Shown one piece after another: positions 39,965-54,400 of a DNA stretch of 64,000 nucleotides (its first letter is position 1; the number at the start of each line of letters is the position of its first letter). Source of the stretch: Eledone cirrhosa (Eukaryota); contig OZ024741.1 in the NCBI GenBank assembly GCA_964016885.1, positions 211,048,001 through 211,112,000 on the forward strand. The letters run 5' to 3'. The notes beneath the pieces were generated by a model that ran no database searches, was not told the origin of the DNA, and saw only the letters and a program-made list of their open reading frames with translations. The translations under genes were made by a program, and so were the position numbers.

Positions 39965-42900
39965 CTCAGTCCACCTATCTCAGCCACAGTCCACCTATCT
40001 CAGCCACAGTCCACTGTCTCATCCTCAGTCAACCTATCTCAGCCACAGTCCACAGTCTCAGCCTCAGTCCACCTATGTCAGCCACAGTCTCACTGTCTCA
40101 GCCTCAGTCCACTCTCTCAACCACAGTCCACTTATCTCAGTCTCAGTCCACTGTCTCAGCCACAGTCCACTGTCTCAGCCTCAGTCCACTGTCTCAGCCT
40201 CAGTCCACCTATCTCAGCCACAGTCCACCTATCTCAGCCACAGTCCACTGTCTCAGCCTCAGTCCACCTATCTCAGCCACAGTCCACCTATCTCAGTCTC
40301 AGTCCACCTACCTCAGCCTCAGTCCACCTATCTCAGCCACAGTCCACGTATCTCAGCCACAGTCCACTATCTCAGCCTCAGTCCACTGTATCAGTCTCAG
40401 TCCGCAGTCTCAGCCACAGTCCACTGTCTCAGCCACAGTCCACCTATCTCAGCCACAGTCCACTGTCTCAGCCTCAGTCCACCTATCTCAGCCACAGTCC
40501 ACCTATCACAGCCACAGTCCACTGTCTCAGCCTCAGTCCACCTATCTCAGCCACAGTCCACCTATCTCAGCCACAGTCCACTGTCTCAGCCACAGTCCAT
40601 TGTCTCAGCCTCAGTCCGCTGTCTCAGCCTCAGTACACCTATCTCAGCCACAGTCCACTGTCTCAGCCTCAGTCCACCTATCTCAGCCACAGTCCACCTA
40701 TCTCAGCCACAGTCCACTGTCTCAGCCACAGTCCACTGTCTCAGCCTCAGTCCACTGTCTCAGCCTCAGTCCACCTATCTCAGCCACAGTCCACTGTCTC
40801 AGCCACTGTCCACTGTCTCAGCCTCAGTTCACTGTCTCAGCCACAGTCCACTGTCTCAGCTACAGTCCACTGTCTGAGCCACAGTCCATTGTCTCAGCCT
40901 CAGTCCACTGTCTCAGCCTCAGTACACCTATCTCAGCCACAGTCCACTGTCTCAGCCTCAGTCCACCTATCTCAGCCACAGTCCACCTATCTCAGCCACA
41001 GTCCACTGTCTCAGCCACAGTCCATTGTCTCAGCCTCAGTCCACTGTCTCATCCTGAGTACACCTATCTCAGCCACAGTCCACTGTCTCAGCCTCAGTCC
41101 ACCTATCTCAGCCACAGTCCACCTATCTCAGCCACAGTCCACTGTCTCAGCCACAGTCCATTGTCTCAGCCTCAGTCCACCGTCTCAGCCTCAGTACACC
41201 TATCTCAGCCACAGTCCACTGTCTCAGCCACAATCCACCTATCTCAGCCAGAGTCCACCGTCTCAGCCACAGTCCACTGTCTCAGCCACAGTCCACTGTC
41301 TCAGTCTCAGTCCACTGTCTCAGCCTCAGTCCACTGTCTTAGCCTCAGTCCACCTATCTCAGTCTCAGTCCACTGTCTCAGCCACAGTCCACTGTCTCTA
41401 TCTCGGTCCACCTATCTCAGCCACAGTCCACTGTCTCAGCCACAGTCCACTGTCTCTATCTCGGTCCACCTATCTCAGCCACAGTCCACTGTCTCAGCCA
41501 CAGTCCACTGTCTCAGCCACAGTCCACTGTCTCAGCTACAGTCCACTGTCTCAGCCACAGTCCACTGTCTCAGCCTCAGTCCACTGTCTCAGCCACAGTC
41601 CACTTATCTCAGCCTCAGTCCACTGTCTCAGTCTCAGTCCACCTATCTCAGCGACAGTCCACTTATCTCAGCCACAGTCCACTGTCTCAGCCTCAGTCCA
41701 CTGTCTCAGCCACAGTCCACTTATCTCAGTCTCAGTCCACTGTCTCAGCCACAGTCCACTGTCTCATCCTCAGTCCACCTATCTCAGCCACAGTCCACAG
41801 TCTCAGCCTCAGTCCACCTACCTCAGCCTCAGTCCACCTATCTCAGCCACAGTCCACGTATCTCAGCCACAGTCCACTGTCTCAGCCACAGTCCACTGTC
41901 TCAGCCACAGTCCACTGTCTCAGCCTCAGTCCACTGTCTCAGCCACAGTCCACCTATCTCAGCCACAGTCCACTGTCTCAGCCTCAGTCCACTGTCTCAG
42001 CCACAGTCCACCTATCTCAGCCACAGTCCACTGTCTCAGCCACAGTCCACCGTCTCAGCCACAGTCCACTGTCTCAGCCTCAGTCCACTGTCTCAGTCTC
42101 AGTCCACCTATCTCAGCCACAGTCCACTGTCTCAGCCTCAGTCCACCTATCTCAGCCACAGTCCACTGTCTCAGCCACAGTCCACTGTCTCAGCCACAGT
42201 CCACTGTCTCAGCCTCAGTCCACTGTCTCAGTCTCAGTCCACCTATCTCAGCCACAGTCCACTGTCTCAGCCACAGTCCACTGTCTCAGCATCAGTCCAC
42301 CTATCTCAGCCTCAGTCCACTGTCTCAGTCTCAGTCCACCTATCTCAGCCACAGTCCACCTATCTCAGCCACAGTCCACTGTCTCAGCCGCAGTCCACTG
42401 TCTCAGCCACAGTCCACTGTCTCAGCATCAGTCCACCTATCTCAGCCTCAGTCCACTGTCTCAGTCTCAGTCCACCTATCTCAGCCACAGTCCACCTATC
42501 TCAGCCACAGTCCACTGTCTCAGCCACAATCCACCTATCTCAGTCTCAGTCCACTGTCTCAGCCACAGTCCACTGTCTCAGTCTCAGTCCACCTATCTCA
42601 GCCACAGTCCGCTGTCTCAGCCTCAGTCCACTGTCTCAGCCACAGTCCACTGTCTCAGCATCAGTCCACCTACCTCAGCCTCAGTCCACTGTCTCAGTCT
42701 CAGTCCACCTATCTCAGCCACAGTCCACTGTCTCAGCCTCAGTCCACTGTCTCAGCCACAGTCCACTGTCTCAGCATCAGTCCACCTACCTCAGCCTCAG
42801 TCCACTGTCTCAGCCACAGTCCACTTATCTCAGCCAGAGTCCACTGTCTCAGCCACAGTCCACTGTCTCAGTCTCAGTCCACCTATCTCAGTCTCAGTCC

Positions 42901-45900
42901 ACCTATCTCAGTCTCAGTCCACTGTCTCAGCCACAGTCCACTGTCTCAGCCTCAGTCCACCTATCTCAGCCTCAGTCCACTGTCTCAGCCACAGTCCACT
43001 TATCTCAGCCTCAGTCCACTGTCTCAGTCTCAGTCCACCTACCTCAGACACAGTCCACCGTCTCAGCCACAGTCCACTGTCTCAGCCTCAGTCCACCTAT
43101 CTCAGCCTCAGTCCACCTATCTCAGCCTCAGTCCACCGTCTCAGCCACAGTCCACTGTCTCAGCCTCAGTCCACCTATCTCAGTCTCAGTCCACTGTCTC
43201 AGCCACAGTCCACTGTCTCAGTCTCAGTCCACTGTCTCAGCCTCAGTCCACTGTCTCAGTCTCAGTCCACCTATCTCAGCCACAGTCCACTGTCTCAGCC
43301 TCAGTCCACCTATCTCAGCCACAGTCCACTGTCTCAGCCACAGTCCACTGTCTCAGCCACAGTCCACTGTCTCAGCCTCAGTCCACTGTCTCAGTCTTAG
43401 TCCACTGTCTCAGCCACAGTCCACCTATCTCAGCCACAGTCCACCTATCTCAGCCACAGACCACTTATCTCAGTCTCAGTCCACCTATCTCAGTCTCAGT
43501 CCACTGTCTCAGCCTCAGTCCACCTATCTCAGTCACAGTCCACCTATCTCAGTCTCAGTCCACTGTCTCAGCCACAGACCACTTATCTCAGTCTCAGTCC
43601 ACCTATCTCAGTCTCAGTCCACCTATCTCAGCCTCAGTCCACCTATCTCAGCCACAGTCCACCTATCTCAGCCACAGTCCACTGTCTCATCCTCAGTCAA
43701 CCTATCTCAGCCACAGTCCACAGTCTCAGCCTCAGTCCACCTATGTCAGCCACAGTCTCACTGCCTCAGCCTCAGTCGACTCTCTCAACCACAGTCCACT
43801 TATCTCAGTCTCAGTCCACTGTCTCAGCCACAGTCCACTGTCTCAGCCTCAGTCCACTGTCTCAGCCTCAGTCCACCTATCTCAGCCACAGTCCACCTAT
43901 CTCAGCCACAGTCCACTGTCTCAGCCTCAGTCCACCTATCTCAGCCACAGTCCACCTATCTCAGTCTCAGTCCACCTACCTCAGCCTCAGTCCACCTATC
44001 TCAGCCACAGTCCACGTATCTCAGCCACAGTCCACTATCTCAGCCTCAGTCCACTGTATCAGTCTCAGTCCGCAGTCTCAGCCACAGTCCACTGTCTCAG
44101 CCACAGTCCACCTATCTCAGCCACAGTCCACTGTCTCAGCCTCAGTCCACCTATCTCAGCCACAGTCCACCTATCTCAGCCACAGTCCACTGTCTCAGCC
44201 TCAGTCCACCTATCTCAGCCACAGTCCACCTATCTCAGCCACAGTCCACTGTCTCATCCTCAGTCAACCTATCTCAGCCACAGTCCACAGTCTCAGCCTC
44301 AGTCCACCTATGTCAGCCACAGTCTCACTGTCTCAGCCTCAGTCCACTCTCTCAACCACAGTCCACTTATCTCAGTCTCAGTCCACTGTCTCAGCCACAG
44401 TCCACTGTCTCAGCCTCAGTCCACTGTCTCAGCCTCAGTCCACCTATCTCAGCCACAGTCCACCTATCTCAGCCACAGTCCACTGTCTCAGCCTCAGTCC
44501 ACCTATCTCAGCCACAGTCCACCTATCTCAGTCTCAGTCCACCTACCTCAGCCTCAGTCCACCTATCTCAGCCACAGTCCACGTATCTCAGCCACAGTCC
44601 ACTATCTCAGCCTCAGTCCACTGTATCAGTCTCAGTCCGCAGTCTCAGCCACAGTCCACTGTCTCAGCCACAGTCCAGCTATCTCAGCCACAGTCCACTG
44701 TCTCAGCCTCAGTCCACCTATCTCAGCCACAGTCCACCTATCACAGCCACAGTCCACTGTCTCAGCCTCAGTCCACCTATCTCAGCCACAGTCCACCTAT
44801 CTCAGCCACAGTCCACTGTCTCAGCCACAGTCCATTGTCTCAGCCTCAGTCCGCTGTCTCAGCCTCAGTACACCTATCTCAGCCACAGTCCACTGTCTCA
44901 GCCTCAGTCCACCTATCTCAGCCACAGTCCACCTATCTCAGCCACAGTCCACTGTCTCAGCCACAGTCCACTGTCTCAGCCTCAGTCCACTGTCTCAGCC
45001 TCAGTCCACCTATCTCAGCCACAGTCCACTGTCTCAGCCACAGTCCACTGTCTCAGCCTCAGTTCACTGTCTCAGCCACAGTCCACTGTCTCAGCTACAG
45101 TCCACTGTCTGAGCCACAGTCCATTGTCTCAGCCTCAGTCCACTGTCTCAGCCTCAGTACACCTATCTCAGCCACAGTCCACTGTCTCAGCCTCAGTCCA
45201 CCTATCTCAGCCACAGTCCACCTATCTCAGCCACAGTCCACTGTCTCAGCCACAGTCCATTGTCTCAGCCTCAGTCCACTGTCTCATCCTGAGTACACCT
45301 ATCTCAGCCACAGTCCACTGTCTCAGCCTCAGTCCACCTATCTCAGCCACAGTCCACCTATCTCAGCCACAGTCCACTGTCTCAGCCACAGTCCATTGTC
45401 TCAGCCTCAGTCCACCGTCTCAGCCTCAGTACACCTATCTCAGCCACAGTCCACTGTCTCAGCCACAATCCACCTATCTCAGCCAGAGTCCACCGTCTCA
45501 GCCACAGTCCACTGTCTCAGCCACAGTCCACTGTCTCAGTCTCAGTCCACTGTCTCAGCCTCAGTCCACTGTCTTAGCCTCAGTCCACCTATCTCAGTCT
45601 CAGTCCACTGTCTCAGCCACAGTCCACTGTCTCTATCTCGGTCCACCTATCTCAGCCACAGTCCACTGTCTCAGCCACAGTCCACTGTCTCTATCTCGGT
45701 CCACCTATCTCAGCCACAGTCCACTGTCTCAGCCACAGTCCACTGTCTCAGCCACAGTCCACTGTCTCAGCTACAGTCCACTGTCTCAGCCACAGTCCAC
45801 TGTCTCAGCCTCAGTCCACTGTCTCAGCCACAGTCCACTTATCTCAGCCTCAGTCCACTGTCTCAGTCTCAGTCCACCTATCTCAGCGACAGTCCACTTA

Positions 45901-48491
45901 TCTCAGCCACAGTCCACTGTCTCAGCCTCAGTCCACTGTCTCAGCCACAGTCCACTTATCTCAGTCTCAGTCCACTGTCTCAGCCACAGTCCACTGTCTC
46001 ATCCTCAGTCCACCTATCTCAGCCACAGTCCACAGTCTCAGCCTCAGTCCACCTACCTCAGCCTCAGTCCACCTATCTCAGCCACAGTCCACGTATCTCA
46101 GCCACAGTCCACTGTCTCAGCCACAGTCCACTGTCTCAGCCACAGTCCACTGTCTCAGCCTCAGTCCACTGTCTCAGCCACAGTCCACCTATCTCAGCCA
46201 CAGTCCACTGTCTCAGCCTCAGTCCACTGTCTCAGCCACAGTCCACCTATCTCAGCCACAGTCCACTGTCTCAGCCACAGTCCACCGTCTCAGCCACAGT
46301 CCACTGTCTCAGCCTCAGTCCACTGTCTCAGTCTCAGTCCACCTATCTCAGCCACAGTCCACTGTCTCAGCCTCAGTCCACCTATCTCAGCCACAGTCCA
46401 CTGTCTCAGCCACAGTCCACTGTCTCAGCCACAGTCCACTGTCTCAGCCTCAGTCCACTGTCTCAGTCTCAGTCCACCTATCTCAGCCACAGTCCACTGT
46501 CTCAGCCACAGTCCACTGTCTCAGCATCAGTCCACCTATCTCAGCCTCAGTCCACTGTCTCAGTCTCAGTCCACCTATCTCAGCCACAGTCCACCTATCT
46601 CAGCCACAGTCCACTGTCTCAGCCGCAGTCCACTGTCTCAGCCACAGTCCACTGTCTCAGCATCAGTCCACCTATCTCAGCCTCAGTCCACTGTCTCAGT
46701 CTCAGTCCACCTATCTCAGCCACAGTCCACCTATCTCAGCCACAGTCCACTGTCTCAGCCACAATCCACCTATCTCAGTCTCAGTCCACTGTCTCAGCCA
46801 CAGTCCACTGTCTCAGTCTCAGTCCACCTATCTCAGCCACAGTCCGCTGTCTCAGCCTCAGTCCACTGTCTCAGCCACAGTCCACTGTCTCAGCATCAGT
46901 CCACCTACCTCAGCCTCAGTCCACTGTCTCAGTCTCAGTCCACCTATCTCAGCCACAGTCCACTGTCTCAGCCTCAGTCCACTGTCTCAGCCACAGTCCA
47001 CTGTCTCAGCATCAGTCCACCTACCTCAGCCTCAGTCCACTGTCTCAGCCACAGTCCACTTATCTCAGCCAGAGTCCACTGTCTCAGCCACAGTCCACTG
47101 TCTCAGTCTCAGTCCACCTATCTCAGTCTCAGTCCACCTATCTCAGTCTCAGTCCACTGTCTCAGCCACAGTCCACTGTCTCAGCCTCAGTCCACCTATC
47201 TCAGCCTCAGTCCACTGTCTCAGCCACAGTCCACTTATCTCAGCCTCAGTCCACTGTCTCAGTCTCAGTCCACCTACCTCAGACACAGTCCACCGTCTCA
47301 GCCACAGTCCACTGTCTCAGCCTCAGTCCACCTATCTCAGCCTCAGTCCACCTATCTCAGCCTCAGTCCACCGTCTCAGCCACAGTCCACTGTCTCAGCC
47401 TCAGTCCACCTATCTCAGTCTCAGTCCACTGTCTCAGCCACAGTCCACTGTCTCAGTCTCAGTCCACTGTCTCAGCCTCAGTCCACTGTCTCAGTCTCAG
47501 TCCACCTATCTCAGCCACAGTCCACTGTCTCAGCCTCAGTCCACCTATCTCAGCCACAGTCCACTGTCTCAGCCACAGTCCACTGTCTCAGCCACAGTCC
47601 ACTGTCTCAGCCTCAGTCCACTGTCTCAGTCTTAGTCCACTGTCTCAGCCACAGTCCACCTATCTCAGCCACAGTCCACCTATCTCAGCCACAGACCACT
47701 TATCTCAGTCTCAGTCCACCTATCTCAGTCTCAGTCCACTGTCTCAGCCTCAGTCCACCTATCTCAGTCACAGTCCACCTATCTCAGTCTCAGTCCACTG
47801 TCTCAGCCACAGACCACTTATCTCAGTCTCAGTCCACCTATCTCAGTCTCAGTCCACCTATCTCAGCCTCAGTCCACCTATCTCAGCCACAGTCCACCTA
47901 TCTCAGCCACAGTCCACTGTCTCATCCTCAGTCAACCTATCTCAGCCACAGTCCACAGTCTCAGCCTCAGTCCACCTATGTCAGCCACAGTCTCACTGCC
48001 TCAGCCTCAGTCGACTCTCTCAACCACAGTCCACTTATCTCAGTCTCAGTCCACTGTCTCAGCCACAGTCCACTGTCTCAGCCTCAGTCCACTGTCTCAG
48101 CCTCAGTCCACCTATCTCAGCCACAGTCCACCTATCTCAGCCACAGTCCACTGTCTCAGCCTCAGTCCACCTATCTCAGCCACAGTCCACCTATCTCAGT
48201 CTCAGTCCACCTACCTCAGCCTCAGTCCACCTATCTCAGCCACAGTCCACGTATCTCAGCCACAGTCCACTATCTCAGCCTCAGTCCACTGTATCAGTCT
48301 CAGTCCGCAGTCTCAGCCACAGTCCACTGTCTCAGCCACAGTCCACCTATCTCAGCCACAGTCCACTGTCTCAGCCTCAGTCCACCTATCTCAGCCACAG
48401 TCCACCTATCTCAGCCACAGTCCACTGTCTCAGCCTCAGTCCACCTATCTCAGCCACAGTCCACCTATCTCAGCCACAGTCCACTGTCTCA
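39965..48491. repeat. Higher-order tandem duplication, period 4235 bp
   Basis: ACCTATCACAG 40501/44736, ATCCTGAG 41051/45286, the doubled marker 41395+41453 / 45630+45688, GTCGAC 43775/48010 and ORFs 43743/47978 are all offset 4235. Confidence 0.92.
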
Positions 48492-51400
48492 GCCACAGTC
48501 CATTGTCTCAGCCTCAGTCCGCTGTCTCAGCCTCAGTACACCTATATGAGCCACAGTCCACTGTCTCAGCCTCAGTCCACCTATCTCAGCCACAGTCCAC
48601 CTATCTCAGCCACAGTCCACTGTCTCAGCCACAGTCCACTGTCTCAGCCTCAGTCCACTGTCTCAGCCTCAGTCCACCTATCTCAGCCACAGTCCACTGT
48701 CTCAGCCACAGTCCACTGTCTCAGCCTCAGTTCACCGTCTCAGCCACAGTCCACTGTCTCAGCTACAGTCCACTGTCTGAGCCACAGTCCATTGTCTCAG
48801 CCTCAGTCCACTGTCTCAGCCTCAGTACACCTATCTCAGCCACAGTCCACTGTCTCAGCCTCAGTCCACCTATCTCAGCCACAGTCCACCTATCTCAGCC
48901 ACAGTCCACTGTCTCAGCCACAGTCCATTGTCTCAGCCTCAGTCCCCTGTCTCATCCTCAGTACACCTATCTAAGCCACAGTCCACTGTCTCAGCCTCAG
49001 TCCACCTATCTCAGCCACAGTCCACCTATCTCAGCCACAGTCCACTGTCTCAGCCACAGTCCATTGTCTCAGCCTCAGTCCACCGTCTCAGCCTCAGTAC
49101 ACCTATCTCAGCCACAGTCCACTGTCTCAGCCACAATCCACCTATCTCAGCCAGAGTCCACCGTCTCAGCCACAGTCCACTGTCTCAGCCACAGTCCACT
49201 GTCTCAGTCTCAGTCCACTGTCTCAGCCTCAGTCCACTGTCTTAGCCTCAGTCCACCTATCTCAGTCTCAGTCCACTGTCTCAGCCACAGTCCACTGTCT
49301 CTATCTCGGTCCACCTATCTCAGCCACAGTCCACTGTCTCAGCCACAGTCCACTGTCTCAGCCACAGTCCACTGTCTCAGCTACAGTCCACTGTCTCAGC
49401 CACAGTCCACTGTCTCAGCCTCAGTCCACTGTCTCAGCCACAGTCCACTTATCTCAGCCTCAGTCCACTGTCTCAGTCTCAGTCCACCTATCTCAGCGAC
49501 AGTCCACTTATCTCAGCCACAGTCCACTGTCTCAGCCTCAGTCCACTGTCTCAGCCACAGTCCACTTATCTCAGTCTCAGTCCACTGTCTCAGCCACAGT
49601 CCACTGTCTCATCCTCAGTCCACCTATCTCAGCCACAGTCCACAGTCTCAGCCTCAGTCCACCTACCTCAGCCTCAGTCCACCTATCTCAGCCACAGTCC
49701 ACGTATCTCAGCCACAGTCCACTGTCTCAGCCACAGTCCACTGTCTCAGCCACAGTCCACTGTCTCAGCCTCAGTCCACTGTCTCAGCCACAGTCCACCT
49801 ATCTCAGCCACAGTCCACTGTCTCAGCCTCAGTCCACTGTCTCAGCCACAGTCCACATATCTCAGCCACAGTCCACTGTCTCAGCCACAGTCCACCGTCT
49901 CAGCCACAGTCCACTGTCTCAGCCTCAGTCCACTGTCTCAGTCTCAGTCCACCTATCTCAGCCACACTCCACTGTCTCAGCCTCAGTCCACCTATCTCAG
50001 CCACAGTCCACTGTCTCAGCCACAGTCCACTGTCTCAGCCACAGTCCACTGTCTCAGCCTCAGTCCACTGTCTCAGTCTCAGTCCACCTATCTCAGCCAC
50101 AGTCCACTGTCTCAGCCACAGTCCACTGTCTCAGCATCAGTCCACCTATCTCAGCCTCAGTCCACTGTCTCAGTCTCAGTCCACCTATCTCAGCCACAGT
50201 CCACCTATCTCAGCCACAGTCCACTGTCTCAGCCGCAGTCCACTGTCTCAGCCACAGTCCACTGTCTCAGCATCAGTCCACCTATCTCAGCCTCAGTCCA
50301 CTGTCTCAGTCTCAGTCCACCTATCTCAGCCACAGTCCACCTATCTCAGCCACAGTCCACTGTCTCAGCCACAATCCACCTATCTCAGTCTCAGTCCACT
50401 GTCTCAGCCACAGTCCACTGTCTCAGTCTTAGTCCACCTATCTCAGCCACAGTCCGCTGTCTCAGCCTCAGTCCACTGTCTCAGCCACAGTCCACTGTCT
50501 CAGCATCAGTCCACCTACCTCAGCCTCAGTCCACTGTCTCAGTCTCAGTCCACCTATCTCAGCCACAGTCCACTGTCTCAGCCTCAGTCCACTGTCTCAG
50601 CCACAGTCCACTGTCTCAGCATCAGTCCACCTACCTCAGCCTCAGTCCACTGTCTCAGCCACAGTCCACTTATCTCAGCCAGAGTCCACTGTCTCAGCCA
50701 CAGTCCACTGTCTCAGTCTCAGTCCACCTATCTCAGTCTCAGTCCACCTATCTCAGTCTCAGTCCACTGTCTCAGCCACAGTCCACTGTCTCAGCCTCAG
50801 TCCACCTATCTCAGCCTCAGTCCACTGTCTCAGCCACAGTCCACTTATCTCAGCCTCAGTCCACTGTCTCAGTCTCAGTCCACCTACCTCAGACACAGTC
50901 CACCGTCTCAGCCACAGTCCACTGTCTCAGCCTCAGTCCACCTATCTCAGCCTCAGTCCACCTATCTCAGCCTCAGTCCACCGTCTCAGCCACAGTCCAC
51001 TGTCTCAGCCTCAGTCCACCTATCTCAGTCTCAGTCCACTGTCTCAGCCACAGTCCACTGTCTCAGTCTCAGTCCACTGTCTCAGCCTCAGTCCACTGTC
51101 TCAGTCTCAGTCCACCTATCTCAGCCACAGTCCACTGTCTCAGCCTCAGTCCACCTACCTCAGCCTCAGTCCACTGTCTCAGCCACAGTCCACTTATCTC
51201 AGCCAGAGTCCACTGTCTCAGCCACAGTCCACTGTCTCAGTCTCAGTCCACCTATCTCAGTCTCAGTCCACCTATCTCAGTCTCAGTCCACTGTCTCAGC
51301 CACAGTCCACTGTCTCAGCATCAGTCCACCTATCTCAGCCTCAGTCCACTGTCTCAGTCTCAGTCCACCTATCTCAGCCACAGTCCACCTATCTCAGCCA

Positions 51401-54400
51401 CAGTCCACTGTCTCAGCCGCAGTCCACTGTCTCAGCCACAGTCCACTGTCTCAGCATCAGTCCACCTATCTCAGCCTCAGTCCACTGTCTCAGTCTCAGT
51501 CCACCTATCTCAGCCACAGTCCACCTATCTCAGCCACAGTCCACTGTCTCAGCCACAATCCACCTATCTCAGTCTCAGTCCACTGTCTCAGCCACAGTCC
51601 ACTGTCTCAGTCTCAGTCCACCTATCTCAGCCACAGTCCACTGTCTCAGCCTCAGTCCACTGTCTCAGCCACAGTCCACTGTCTCAGCATCAGTCCACCT
51701 ACCTCAGCCTCAGTCCACTGTCTCAGTCTCAGTCCACCTATCTCAGCCACAGTCCACCTATCTCAGCCACAGTCCACTGTCTCAGCCACAGTCCACTGTC
51801 TCAGCCTCAGTTCACCTATCTCAGTCTCAGTCCACTGTCTCAGCCACAGTCCACTTATCTCAGCCAGAGTCCACTGTCTCAGCCACAGTCCACTGTCTCA
51901 GTCTCAGTCCACCTATCTCAGTCTCAGTCCACCTATCTCAGTCTCAGTCCACTGTCTCAGCCACAGTCCACTGTCTCAGCCTCAGTCCACCTATCTCAGC
52001 CTCAGTCCACTGTCTCAGCCACAGTCCACTTATCTCAGCCTCAGTCCACTGTCTCAGTCTCAGTCCACCTACCTCAGACACAGTCCACCGTCTCAGCCAC
52101 AGTCCACTGTCTCAGCCACAGTCCACTGTCTCAGTCTCAGTCCACTGTCTCAGCCTCAGTCCACTGTCTTAGCCTCAGTCCACCTATCTCAGTCTCAGTC
52201 CACTGTCTCAGCCACAGTCCACTGTCTCTATCTCGGTCCACCTATCTCAGCCACAGTCCACTGTCTCAGCCACAGTCCACTGTCTCAGCCACAGTCCACT
52301 GTCTCAGCTACAGTCCACTGTCTCAGCCACAGTCCACTTATCTCAGCCTCAGTCCACTGTCTCAGTCTCAGTCCACCTATCTCAGCGACAGTCCACTTAT
52401 CTCAGCCACAGTCCACTGTCTCAGCCTCAGTCCACTGTCTCAGCCACAGTCCACTTATCTCAGTCTCAGTCCACTGTCTCAGCCACAGTCCACTGTCTCA
52501 TCCTCAGTCCACCTATCTCAGCCACAGTCCACAGTCTCAGCCTCAGTCCACCTACCTCAGCCTCAGTCCACCTATCTCAGCCACAGTCCACGTATCTCAG
52601 CCACAGTCCACTGTCTCAGCCACAGTCCACTGTCTCAGCCACAGTCCACTGTCTCAGCCTCAGTCCACTGTCTCAGCCACAGTACACCTATCTCAGCCAC
52701 AGTCCACTGTCTCAGCCTCAGTCCACTGTCTCAGCCACAGTCCACATATCTCAGCCACAGTCCACTGTCTCAGCCACAGTCCACCGTCTCAGCCACAGTC
52801 CACTGTCTCAGCCTCAGTCCACTGTCTCAGTCTCAGTCCACCTATCTCAGCCACACTCCACTGTCTCAGCCTCAGTCCACCTATCTCAGCCACAGTCCAC
52901 TGTCTCAGCCACAGTCCACTGTCTCAGCCACAGTCCACTGTCTCAGCCTCAGTCCACTGTCTCAGTCTCAGTCCACCTATCTCAGCCACAGTCCACTGTC
53001 TCAGCCACAGTCCACTGTCTCAGCATCAGTCCACCTATCTCAGCCTCAGTCCACTGTCTCAGTCTCAGTCCACCTATCTCAGCCACAGTCCACCTATCTC
53101 AGCCACAGTCCACTGTCTCAGCCGCAGTCCACTGTCTCAGCCACAGTCCACTGTCTCAGCATCAGTCCACCTATCTCAGCCTCAGTCCACTGTCTCAGTC
53201 TCAGTCCACCTATCTCAGCCACAGTCCACCTATCTCAGCCACAGTCCACTGTCTCAGCCACAATCCACCTATCTCAGTCTCAGTCCACTGTCTCAGCCAC
53301 AGTCCACTGTCTCAGTCTCAGTCCACCTATCTCAGCCACAGTCCGCTGTCTCAGCCTCAGTCCACTGTCTCAGCCACAGTCCACTGTCTCAGCATCAGTC
53401 CACCTACCTCAGCCTCAGTCCACTGTCTCAGTCTCAGTCCACCTATCTCAGCCACAGTCCACTGTCTCAGCCTCAGTCCACTGTCTCAGCCACAGTCCAC
53501 TGTCTCAGCATCAGTCCACCTACCTCAGCCTCAGTCCACTGTCTCAGCCACAGTCCACTTATCTCAGCCAGAGTCCACTGTCTCAGCCACAGTCCACTGT
53601 CTCAGTCTCAGTCCACCTATCTCAGTCTCAGTCCACCTATCTCAGTCTCAGTCCACTGTCTCAGCCACAGTCCACTGTCTCAGCCTCAGTCCACCTATCT
53701 CAGCCTCAGTCCACTGTCTCAGCCACAGTCCACTTATCTCAGCCTCAGTCCACTGTCTCAGTCTCAGTCCACCTACCTCAGACACAGTCCACCGTCTCAG
53801 CCACAGTCCACTGTCTCAGCCTCAGTCCACCTATCTCAGCCTCAGTCCACCTATCTCAGCCTCAGTCCACCGTCTCAGCCACAGTCCACTGTCTCAGCCT
53901 CAGTCCACCTATCTCAGTCTCAGTCCACTGTCTCAGCCACAGTCCACTGTCTCAGTCTCAGTCCACTGTCTCAGCCTCAGTCCACTGTCTCAGTCTCAGT
54001 CCACCTATCTCAGCCACAGTCCACTGTCTCAGCCTCAGTCCACCTACCTCAGCCTCAGTCCACTGTCTCAGCCACAGTCCACTTATCTCAGCCAGAGTCC
54101 ACTGTCTCAGCCACAGTCCACTGTCTCAGTCTCAGTCCACCTATCTCAGTCTCAGTCCACCTATCTCAGTCTCAGTCCACTGTCTCAGCCACAGTCCACT
54201 GTCTCAGCATCAGTCCACCTATCTCAGCCTCAGTCCACTGTCTCAGTCTCAGTCCACCTATCTCAGCCACAGTCCACCTATCTCAGCCACAGTCCACTGT
54301 CTCAGCCGCAGTCCACTGTCTCAGCCACAGTCCACTGTCTCAGCATCAGTCCACCTATCTCAGCCTCAGTCCACTGTCTCAGTCTCAGTCCACCTATCTC

